Below the pieces are notes generated by a model that saw only the letters and a program-made list of their open reading frames with translations, ran no database searches and was not told the DNA's origin. Shown in pieces: positions 10,538 through 19,700 of a DNA stretch of 64,000 nt. The stretch covers positions 22,815-86,814 of the forward strand of contig CAYTGM010000013.1 in NCBI GenBank assembly GCA_964437365.1. The letters are read 5' to 3'. Origin of the DNA: an uncultured Candidatus Sumerlaeota bacterium. Lineage in GTDB: Bacteria > Sumerlaeota > Sumerlaeia > SLMS01. A program made the position numbers and the translations under genes. Every line of letters starts with the position of its first letter. Position 1 is the stretch's first letter.

Positions 10538-11560
10538 TTATTCTGATTTAGAAACTTCTTCACTTACCATTTCAACAAGCTTATTTCTTGTTTCAAGGTC
10601 CGGTTCAGGAATAACATCTTCGACTTCCCGACCGTAGAACTCCCATACGGGCCAGTCTTGCAGGATTTCCTTGTACGTTTCTGGAACACGCTGGTGGAAC
10701 TCTCTTGCCTTAACGCGTGATTCTCGGAGGTGGTCTAGATGTAAATCTGAAACGATATAGGCATCCTCTGCTTCATCAACATGTTCTTCGATGCGATTGG
10801 GCCATGCGGCAATCATCGTTCCCGCTCCAACTGCCTTGTTTGTGGTTATCATATGTACATAGTTGTATTGCATCGTCGCTTGTACCAGGTGTTTTTCTAT
10901 AGAGCCTCCTCGAGCATTCGGCCAGATAATGATTTCTGCGCCTTTGAGTGCCAGAATACGGGGGATCTCAGGAAAATAGCCATCGTAACAGGTCATGATA
11001 CCAACACGACCAAAGTCCAGATCGAAAGTTGGAAATTCGTTTCCAGCTGTCATCATCCATTCGGGATCATTGGCTTTTGGTGGCCAACCTCGGGGTCCTT
11101 CACCTACAGCAGGAGCGGCCTTGAAGTATCGGCCGATGATTTCGCCTTCACGGTCAAAAATGAGCGTACTGTTTCCGTAGTTTCCTTCTTCGTCTATAAT
11201 CTCAAAGCATCCAACCATCACGTTGATATTGTGAGCAGCTGCTGCTTGTGAGACCGTTTCTGTTTGAGGGGAAGGTACGCGAAACATTCCCAGGTACAGC
11301 TCTGGGAAAACGACAAGATCAGCGTTATCCTCAGCTGCCTGCTCGATATACGGAAGCATTTTGTCTGCGGGATCATTTTCCGGATCGATGGGTGCCCAGA
11401 AATTCCAGGGGCTGTCGAGTTGTACGGCGGCGACGGTAATCTGATCTCTTGAGAGTTGTCCTTCTGTGAGAGGTTTGATTCGAGAATCTGCTTTTTCGGT
11501 TTCTGCGATGGAACCAGTCGCGCAACTTAAGGCTGCGATGAGTGAGAGAGTCTTCTTCAT
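10538..11560 (-). CDS. Secreted carbon-nitrogen hydrolase (nitrilase superfamily)
   Basis: Sec-type signal MKKTLSLIAALSCATGSIA; triad in VFPELY, YFKAAP and TCYDGYFPE. Confidence 0.85.
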   Translation of the reverse strand: MKKTLSLIAALSCATGSIAETEKADSRIKPLTEGQLSRDQITVAAVQLDSPWNFWAPIDPENDPADKMLPYIEQAAEDNADLVVFPELYLGMFRVPSPQTETVSQAAAAHNINVMVGCFEIIDEEGNYGNSTLIFDREGEIIGRYFKAAPAVGEGPRGWPPKANDPEWMMTAGNEFPTFDLDFGRVGIMTCYDGYFPEIPRILALKGAEIIIWPNARGGSIEKHLVQATMQYNYVHMITTNKAVGAGTMIAAWPNRIEEHVDEAEDAYIVSDLHLDHLRESRVKAREFHQRVPETYKEILQDWPVWEFYGREVEDVIPEPDLETRNKLVEMVSEEVSKSE

Positions 11561-11925
11561 ACAGGTGTATCCGATAGAGAAAGTTCGAGGGGATTTATAA
11601 TCCCTCGAGAAGGTTGGTACTTAATCAATTAAGCTTTGCGCTAATGCAATCCTTTTTTGCAGTCAAAATAGCCATGGTCAGGCCTCCCAGGTCATATCCT
11701 TCCATCAGGAAGACTGAATTTATTCATCTTATGGGACGAATTCAATACATGATGAATCACTGCTGCGACGATTTCGAAACTCATATCAATGCTCCATACA
11801 ACTTAACAGTGGTTAAAATGTACGTTAACCTCTTCAGAAAGGATGACTCCAGGTACGATTGATTGGATCCGCAGGCTGTTCGGTGATTAAAGGCCTCAAC
11901 CTTAACTCGTTGAATCCTCGTTCAA

Positions 11926-11996
11926 GCCTCGCTCGAGGCTCAGTCCATTCCGATGGTCTGAGCATGGTCTCAACATCGAGCGAGCATCGAGCGAGG
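11926..11996. repeat. Intergenic element of 11-bp units with inverted symmetry
   Basis: GCTCAGTCCAT-TCCG-ATGGTCTGAGC inverted repeat followed by units GAGCATGGTCT/CAACATCGAGC/GAGCATCGAGC; related copy at 63318-63392. Confidence 0.7.
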
Positions 11997-12035
11997 TCGT
12001 TAGTGGATTCTCATCCTCACCTTAGGACATGACAC

Positions 12036-12066
12036 CGTCATTCAGGGCCTGAAGCCCGAAAATCCC
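12036..12066 (+). repeat. GTCATT-type REP-like hairpin
   Basis: CGTCATTCAGGGCCTGAAGCCCGAAAATCCC resembles the widespread GTCATTCC...GGAATCC palindromic repeats; single copy in this window. Confidence 0.4.
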
Positions 12067-12226
12067 AAAACATCTTCTCAGGTATCGTGGAATTCACTTC
12101 CAAGACCGTCTTCCGTTGAGTCTTTTATGATGCGAACTGTTAATTTCTTCATCTTTGTTTAACTTTTCCCTTTTCATCGGAGATGACTCATGTTGAGAAA
12201 TAGGCAACTTAATCATTTAACTACCT

Positions 12227-13090
12227 ATGCATAAAACTCTCACTCTTATCGCTCAATTTACTGTCTTATCCTTTCTCCTGGTTGGCTGTCACACCACCCG
12301 TCGATCATCGTCCCCCTTTGAATCAAGGCCATACACGCAGCTCATTAAGCCGATTCCCGATGAAGATTCGATGGTCGTTCATCTCTATCTGCCGAAGTGG
12401 AATGATGAACATTTTCTCTTTATGACCCCTAAAACAGTGGGGACGCGACGCATGGCGATGGTGAATTTCACCGATAAGAATGTTCGCTGGACCGGACCGA
12501 ATGAACAATGGAGAACGAAATCACTCTTCAATACGGGTACCATGGTGGAGTACGAAATCAGCCTGCTCCCTACCGAGGATTCCGTCGAAGCAATTTATCG
12601 ATTGGCGAATCGATCTGGCCTGAAGTGGGAATCTCCCTGGTTTTTTACACTACTCGCACCAGCACCTGAATCAGAATTCAGGACCGAAGACTGCAGTGAT
12701 CGTATCTTTCTGGAATCAGACGGAGAACTGGTTCCTGCATCCTCTTTTCTGGAAGCAGACTCTAACAAGGTAACGTGGTTGCATGAAACCAAAGGTTTGG
12801 AAGGTGAGCCACACTTCATGAAACAGGTCGGTGCCACCAGTTCGTCTCTCGCCACGAGCAATTGGATGGTTGGAATGAATGGGGAAGGCAACCGATGGTA
12901 CGCTCTGACGGCAGAGACACCCCTTTTCCTATTCCATAATCGTGATATCTGTTCCATTCATGTAGCCCCGGATTTTGGAGATTTGGATCCCGGTCAGAAA
13001 GTTACCATCAGTACCTTTATATACTTCGGCGAGGGAAGCCTCGCAGACGCCATGGAGTTTCTAAAGGGGAAAGCGGATCTCAATGAGTAA
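12227..13090 (+). CDS. Hypothetical lipoprotein
   Basis: Signal peptide ending LLVGC; first gene of the rightward operon. Confidence 0.8.
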   Translation: MHKTLTLIAQFTVLSFLLVGCHTTRRSSSPFESRPYTQLIKPIPDEDSMVVHLYLPKWNDEHFLFMTPKTVGTRRMAMVNFTDKNVRWTGPNEQWRTKSLFNTGTMVEYEISLLPTEDSVEAIYRLANRSGLKWESPWFFTLLAPAPESEFRTEDCSDRIFLESDGELVPASSFLEADSNKVTWLHETKGLEGEPHFMKQVGATSSSLATSNWMVGMNGEGNRWYALTAETPLFLFHNRDICSIHVAPDFGDLDPGQKVTISTFIYFGEGSLADAMEFLKGKADLNE

Positions 13091-14126
13091 GCGGTACAAA
13101 GTGGCCCTGGCCGGTTGCGGAGGCATGGGACGATATTGGACAGAGATGATGTCGAAAATCCCCGAAGTAGAGCTTTGTGGATTTATGGACATATGCAAGG
13201 AATCAGCCGACGCTCTTGTTAGTGACTTCCAAATACCTAATGCATATACAACTGATTCAATTGATGACTTACTCGGATACTGTAAGCCCGACATCCTCAT
13301 CGATGCGAGTATGCCGGGCGCTCACAAAGAGAATACAATCAAAGCGCTGCGGGCAGGTGTTAATGTTCTCGGCGAGAAACCTATCTCAGAGAACCTCGCT
13401 GACGCTCTCGAAATGGTTCGCGTCGCTGAAGAATCAGGTCGCGTCTATGCAGTAATGCAGAACCGTCGCTATGATAAAAACATCCGGCGCTTTAAAGATT
13501 TTATACACAGCGGTGCCATCGGCGAAGTAAATTCTCTCTATGCTGACTTTTTCACAGCTCCAAGATTTGAAGGATTCAGGCTTGAAATGGATCATGTCCT
13601 TTTATTGGACATGGCTATTCATCATTTTGATGCTGCTCGTTATATACTTCAGGATGAGGCTGTATCAGTACAATGCACCGAATGGAATCCAAAGGGGTCT
13701 ATTTACAAGGATGGGGCTTCCATCTGTGCCACCTTCCGGATGAAAAGTGGTGTTGTTTTCAACTACCGTGGGTCCTGGTGGTCTGAAGGTTACCCGACTA
13801 CCTGGGAGTGTCAGTGGAGAGCCGTTGCTGGGAAGGGAAGCTCGCTTTGGGATGGAGCGAACGAGATCAAAGCAGAAAAGCTGGATTCAGAGGAAGGCTT
13901 CAATGCTACGTACAAACGATTAGAAATCAATACACAAGGTGATGGCAAAGACGGGGGACACCATGGCTGCTTCCTGGATTTCCTTCGGTGCCTGGATGAA
14001 GGTGTTGAGCCTGAGACCATTGCACGGGATAACCTGAAGAGTCTCATCATGGTGTTCGGATCCCTCGCGAGCATTAAGCACGGGAAGACAATCATGGTAG
14101 AAGACCTCATGAAGGAGATTGTGTAA
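13083..14126 (+). CDS. Gfo/Idh/MocA-family oxidoreductase (cytoplasmic)
   Basis: LAGCGGMG, VLGEKP, DMAIHHFD; overlaps the upstream gene by 8 nt. Confidence 0.92.
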   Translation: MSKRYKVALAGCGGMGRYWTEMMSKIPEVELCGFMDICKESADALVSDFQIPNAYTTDSIDDLLGYCKPDILIDASMPGAHKENTIKALRAGVNVLGEKPISENLADALEMVRVAEESGRVYAVMQNRRYDKNIRRFKDFIHSGAIGEVNSLYADFFTAPRFEGFRLEMDHVLLLDMAIHHFDAARYILQDEAVSVQCTEWNPKGSIYKDGASICATFRMKSGVVFNYRGSWWSEGYPTTWECQWRAVAGKGSSLWDGANEIKAEKLDSEEGFNATYKRLEINTQGDGKDGGHHGCFLDFLRCLDEGVEPETIARDNLKSLIMVFGSLASIKHGKTIMVEDLMKEIV

Positions 14127-15039
14127 ATTGACTAGAATTGACCACGAAGATATTCGAATCGGTACCATCGTACCCTGGGATTCAAACACTCCAGAGTATA
14201 TACGCCAGATTCTTCCTCATGGATTTGAATGCTTTCAATTATCTGCATCAACCACACTCCTTGAAATGAATGTCGAAGAAGAAGCAGAAAAGATTCTGAA
14301 GGTACTTGATGATAGTGGAGCTTTTATCAGCTCTTTTTTCCATGGAGCCAACGTCCTTGGAGAAAAAGAAGAAGACCAGAAATCACGAGAAGTTTTTGAG
14401 AAACTTATTCAGTATGCGGATCTTCTCGACGTCAGTACAATCTGTGGATTCTCTGGAAGAGTGAGGGGAAAACCAATACCTGAATCAATTGATCGTCTGA
14501 AAGAAGTATGGAGTCCTTTACTTGATCTAGCAGGAGAAAAAGGTTCCACAATTGCCTTTGAGAATTGCAGTATGGGCGGCACCTGGCAGAATGGTGATTG
14601 GAATATTGCACACAGCCCTTCGGCCTGGGAATTGATTTTTGATGCTCTCCCCCACCAGAATCTTGGCCTGGAATGGGAACCGTGTCACCAGATGGTTCTC
14701 TTAATGGATCCGATGCCGCAGATTCGCGAGTGGGGACACAAATTCTTCCATATACACGGTAAAGATGCGACAATTCACAGGGACACCATCGACCGCTATG
14801 GAATCGAGGGCGGAAGACCTTTTGCTTTTCACCGAACTCCTGGTTTTGGGGATAGTAACTGGACTGAAATTATCGGTGAACTTCGTCGAATTGGATACAA
14901 GGGAACAATCGATATAGAAGGTTGGCATGATCCCGTCTATGTAAATGAACTTGAAATGACAGGTCAAGTCCATGCCTTGAACTACCTTAAGAATTGCCGT
15001 GGTGGTTCGTATATCTCAAACCCTGTATTTGGAGAATAA
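14119..15039 (+). CDS. Sugar phosphate isomerase/epimerase (xylose isomerase-like TIM barrel)
   Basis: IAFENC, GLEWEPCH, FHIHGKD and IDIEGWHD metal-binding pattern. Confidence 0.88.
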   Translation: MCKLTRIDHEDIRIGTIVPWDSNTPEYIRQILPHGFECFQLSASTTLLEMNVEEEAEKILKVLDDSGAFISSFFHGANVLGEKEEDQKSREVFEKLIQYADLLDVSTICGFSGRVRGKPIPESIDRLKEVWSPLLDLAGEKGSTIAFENCSMGGTWQNGDWNIAHSPSAWELIFDALPHQNLGLEWEPCHQMVLLMDPMPQIREWGHKFFHIHGKDATIHRDTIDRYGIEGGRPFAFHRTPGFGDSNWTEIIGELRRIGYKGTIDIEGWHDPVYVNELEMTGQVHALNYLKNCRGGSYISNPVFGE

Positions 15040-15045
15040 GAAATT

Positions 15046-15939
15046 ATGACAATGCCAACTCCTGATATTAAACATGAAGAATTTTCGGGGATTAAGCTGG
15101 GTCTCTGCCAGGTGGAAACAAAACATTGGGATTTAGAGGGGAACTTTCAAAGAACCGAAGATGCGTTAAGGGATGTCGCGAAAGCTGGAGCAGAGTTGGC
15201 AATTACCCCCGAAAACGTTCTGCAGGGGTACCCTCCACCAAACACAGACAAGGATCGCCAACACCTGAGAGAAGTATCAGAGCCCTTGGATGGGAAATAT
15301 ATAGCCCGGCTTAAAAACCTGGTAAGAGAGCTCTCAATCGACATTGTTTTCGGTTTCGCTGAAGTATCTGAAACAGGCCACTACCATAACAGTTGTCTGT
15401 ACATGGATTGCCGGGGAGATTTAAAAGCTGTTTATCGGAAAGTACACTGCCGACCTTTTGAAGATATTAATCACGATGGACTGTATACACCTGGATCTGA
15501 ATTTCGTGTGGCCACTTTCAAACGTGGCGATCGAGAGTTCAAAATTGGCATGATGATTTGCTTTGATCGTGAAATTCCTGAATCTGTTCGATGCTTGAGA
15601 AGCCTTGGAGCGCAGCTTATAGCCTGTCCCCTGGCCACGAATACAGCCAGAGTGGATCAGTACTTTGAGAAAGCCGACAACGAGTTGTTGACTCGAGCAA
15701 GATCGGCCGAAAATGAACTCTTTATCGCTGTCGTGAATCATTCCGGTACATATAATGGAGGTACCTTTGTGACAGGTCCTTCCGGGGAAATGATAACACA
15801 GTTGGGCGAGGGCTCAGAAACGGAGGTACTCCAGGTTCCTGTGGGAATTGTCCCTGAGAAGTTCCATGCCGATCCGCTGGGCTGGGCAGGATGGGGCTAT
15901 AGACGGCCTAATATTTACAAGCCCTACCTTGAAGCATAA
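15046..15939 (+). CDS. Carbon-nitrogen hydrolase (nitrilase superfamily), cytoplasmic
   Basis: Triad in ITPENV, YRKVHC and ICFDREIPE; no signal peptide. Confidence 0.9.
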   Translation: MTMPTPDIKHEEFSGIKLGLCQVETKHWDLEGNFQRTEDALRDVAKAGAELAITPENVLQGYPPPNTDKDRQHLREVSEPLDGKYIARLKNLVRELSIDIVFGFAEVSETGHYHNSCLYMDCRGDLKAVYRKVHCRPFEDINHDGLYTPGSEFRVATFKRGDREFKIGMMICFDREIPESVRCLRSLGAQLIACPLATNTARVDQYFEKADNELLTRARSAENELFIAVVNHSGTYNGGTFVTGPSGEMITQLGEGSETEVLQVPVGIVPEKFHADPLGWAGWGYRRPNIYKPYLEA

Positions 15940-15975
15940 ATACAAAGATATCTATTATAAAAGGAAACCTATAGT

Positions 15976-16677
15976 ATGGTTAATAAACCCTGGGGACAAT
16001 ACGAGCGTTTAAAGCCAAACGAAATTGATTCTATCAAGGAGAAACATCCAATTGCCTATATTCCATGGGGAGCCCTCGAATGGCATTCCTACCACAACCC
16101 CATCGGTCTTGATTGTCTCAAAGCACATGGGATTTTGTGCGAATTAGCGAAAGCCGAAGGTGGAATTGTTATTCCTTCTGTCTATATTGGTGCGGATACA
16201 ATAAAGCCATTCAAGGGGTTTCCTCACACTCTTGATTTTCCAGAAGAGCTGGTCGGTCAGTTAGCCATGCAATTCCTCAATCAGCTTAAAGATGAAAATT
16301 TCAAGGTGATTGTGCTGTTCACGGGACACTACGGTGGAAGGCATCTGGAAGTTCTCAAGAACACCGCTGAGACATTCAATAAGGCGAATGAGGATGTCTA
16401 TGCCTGGTTTACGTCTGATTATTATTTGCTTGAAGGAATCTTTGAACCGAACCACGCAGCCTGGGGTGAAACTTCTTTCCAGATGTATTTTGAGGAAGAA
16501 CTGGTAGATTTGAAGAAGCTTCCTCACGATCGTCAGACCACGCTTGAAGAAGATGGGGTTATGGGTAGAGATCCTCGTGAAGCAACAAAAGCGGGCGGGA
16601 AAGAACAATTAGAAGCTCTCTTGAAGAATGCCAGAGGGAAAATCAGTGAGCTTCGCTCTAAGTACATTTACCGGTGA
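15976..16677 (+). CDS. Creatininase / creatinine amidohydrolase family protein
   Basis: PWGALEWHSYHNPIGLD, FTGHYGG and HAAWGETS match the E-x-H-x-x-H...D, GH and H..E creatininase pattern. Confidence 0.85.
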   Translation: MVNKPWGQYERLKPNEIDSIKEKHPIAYIPWGALEWHSYHNPIGLDCLKAHGILCELAKAEGGIVIPSVYIGADTIKPFKGFPHTLDFPEELVGQLAMQFLNQLKDENFKVIVLFTGHYGGRHLEVLKNTAETFNKANEDVYAWFTSDYYLLEGIFEPNHAAWGETSFQMYFEEELVDLKKLPHDRQTTLEEDGVMGRDPREATKAGGKEQLEALLKNARGKISELRSKYIYR

Positions 16678-16747
16678 AAAGCAGGCAGTATATATCATCT
16701 AAGTCAAAATAGCAGGATATAACTAATAACAGGAAGGGCAGGTAATT

Positions 16748-19700
16748 ATGAAGTATCTTACGAAGGCGCTAGTTGCATCATTATCCTTTGGCTCTGTGGC
16801 ATCTTACGGAGCTCCGGATGATGAGCGCTACATGGATAATCACTATTTCTTTCCGATCGGTGGCTGGAACCGAGCTTCAATCGATCAGTTTCGAGAAAGT
16901 GCTCTCGTCCAGACGAATGGGGAAGAACCAGAAAATATTAAGCTGGGAACAGTTGAAGTAGTGAACTGGTTCATGAACCATACTCAGGGGTCCTATTACG
17001 ACTATATTTATGAGCCCTGGTATCCTGACTTTGGTCTGGGGGGAGGATTTGCTGATCGAGGCTGGGAAATAAACCGAGCGATGGAGCTTTCCATAGACAA
17101 GAACATAAGGTTTGGTTCGTCTGCAAACGGAACTCCCTGGGGAGATACGACAGATCAGTCACTTGATGTTTTGATTAACTATCTTGAAATAGCCGATGGA
17201 CCCGATGGTCCTGGGAGTTATTTGCAGCGCGACCGCACAGGAAACTTTCGATTTAGCGGAACGACACAGGATCCAACGATCGACGAGGGAGTTCCAGCTG
17301 GCGAAGTGAATTCGGGAATTCCTGCCCAATTAGAAATGCAGCTGACGTTGTCAAGGAATGCAGAATTTGTTCAAGAGTACTGGAAAAGAAATCTGCTGCA
17401 GTCCATGCGTATTTTCCAATGGTATCGTGAGCAACACCCTGATCTAACAGTCTTTGTCAGCGGGTCTTCAGAAGTTGCACAGAATATTCACATGAATATA
17501 GACTTTGCGGATTACAGCCGCTGGTCAGAGCAGGAGTTCCGTGATTGGCTTCAGGGAACGGGCCTGTATGGAGATGAGGCACAATTTGCAACAATAGGGG
17601 ATCTAAACTCTCAGTACGGAACGAGTTTTCCGGACTTTGATAGCATCACTCCCCCAACGACCGTTAACTGGTCAAACGGATCGTGGTGGAGAAAGTGGCA
17701 TGAGTTCAGAATCAACCAGGTCTATGAACTTGTTCAACTTCAGAATACGCTAGCCGTAGAAGCTGGGATCTCCCCGGATAGAGTTTATGGACATCAACAA
17801 CCAGGGCCTCTGAACGACCCTGGCAATGACACTTATGCCAAATACGCTGCTCCTTACAGCGCCACTTTCACACATTCCAGTGGCGATGGGATCACGACAT
17901 ACCTGGAAGATGCTTCTGACCGTGATCTCTTTGAAGCAATGAGAGAAAGTGATCCCAATTGGGGTATCTTCGAATATAATCCTATTCAGCTGGATAACAA
18001 TGGGCTTCGTAAGGCAACTCTTGAAGAAGCACGTGAGGCCCTCTCAGCAGCGTGGGACTATACATGCCGAATCCTGAGTCCCTACCTGTGGGATGGCGGA
18101 GGCCCTTCTTCTCCTATAGGCGTCTATACAGTAGTAGGGGCTCCGTTTGAGCAGGCGATTCAAGAGTGGATCAAAGAACATGAGAATGATGATCTCACAG
18201 ACGGCTTTGACCATCAGTGGCATCCAGAATCACGAGACCTTGTCTGGGAAATGAATGATGAAAATGATGTAGAGTCGACAGACTTTCTTGAACCTGTCGA
18301 CTATAGTGGAGGACGATTGAGTGCTGTAACGCGTTCTGAGTACTCCCGGATTTCTCTACTCCTGACTGAGGACAACCCCGCATCCCTTGACTCAAGCAAA
18401 TTTCATGAGTTCGGTTTTCGCATGAAATACGCAAATCGTACAAACTATGGGACGGGGAAACTACTCTGGAGGACAGAATCAGGTTCGGTCCATTACCTTG
18501 ATTTTGAACCTCTCTCCGGAGAGCATCTATACAGATTCAATCTTGCTCATCACCCAGGCTGGCAACATGAGAAAATTACTGAGATTTCGATCATCCCTGC
18601 AGGAAAAGGGAATGTTGAGTTTAATCTTTACTGGGCAGCACTTGTAGCCAGCCATAGCTGGACCTTCGACAATCCAGAAGAAGTCTATGGCGCAAGTAAC
18701 TTTGAAAGCTGGACTGTTTCAAATGGGTATTTTCAAGGAGTTAGCTCAGACGCTCCTGGAGATTCATTTTTCGGCCTGAGTACGGACAGGAATGATTTCC
18801 TGGAAGACGCAGACCGCGTTGTGATAGATGCTGATCGTCGAAAAATTGTTAAAGTGAAGATAAACTCCTCTTCCGCTGGGTTCTGCGAGCTCTTCTGGTG
18901 GCATCGGGAAGATGAGTTCGGCGATTTTAACATGCAGGGAAACATCCCCGTAATTGAAGGCGACCAAACACTGGAGATTGATTTAAGCAATCACCCGGAA
19001 TGGACAGGTAAAATCACACGTCTCAGAATAGATCCCGTAAATGTTGCGAACGCAGAGTTTGAAATAGATTCTATCCTGATCGTTCCTGACCTGCTCTCTC
19101 CCCGACCGATGGTTGATGAAATGATATTAAATACATCATCTCCCTATTTCGAGTGGGACGCTCCGATGGACTCTGCAGGCGAACAGGTTTTCTACGAGGT
19201 ACAAGTTGGCGAAGATTTCGAATTCTCCACTTTGATCTATACGGCTGATGAGTTGGACAGTGCCTCCCATATAGCTGATCTTCAAACTTTTGATGGAGCT
19301 GCGTGGTGGAGAGTCAGATCTTATACCGTTTCAGGAAGAAAATCAGATTGGTGCCACCCGATGCCCATCTTTATCAGGCCCTGGACGATGGATCGATCTA
19401 ACGATGTACGAGCGGCGTTTGACTTTCAGTTTTCCGGGACTGAAAACGGTGTGTGGTCTGGATCGGGGGGACTTGGAACGGAGCGGGTCTACTTCAACAA
19501 CGGATCTGACCGCGGAGCTCGCTTGAACGCAGAAATCTATCGCCAGATCCGTATAGACGGCTTTGTCTCTGTTGATAACCCATCTGTCGATGCGACACTT
19601 TTCTGGACCAATGCAGCGGATAAGCAGTTTGCAGACCGTCGAACACACAGCCTCCGATTTCAGCTTCCCGGTAGAAATGAAACACCGGTTACGATTATCG

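Noticed and set aside
11585-11608. Imperfect dyad TCGAGGGGATTTATAATCCCTCGA as the LacI operator
   Set aside because: Does not fit the usual LacI-family AAnCGnTT-type centre and is not repeated at other promoters in the locus.
11614-11862. 82-aa ORF in the divergent promoter region
   Set aside because: No convincing RBS or protein features; probably regulatory DNA.
11926-11996. 11-bp unit arrays as a mini-CRISPR
   Set aside because: Units are adjacent, with no spacers.
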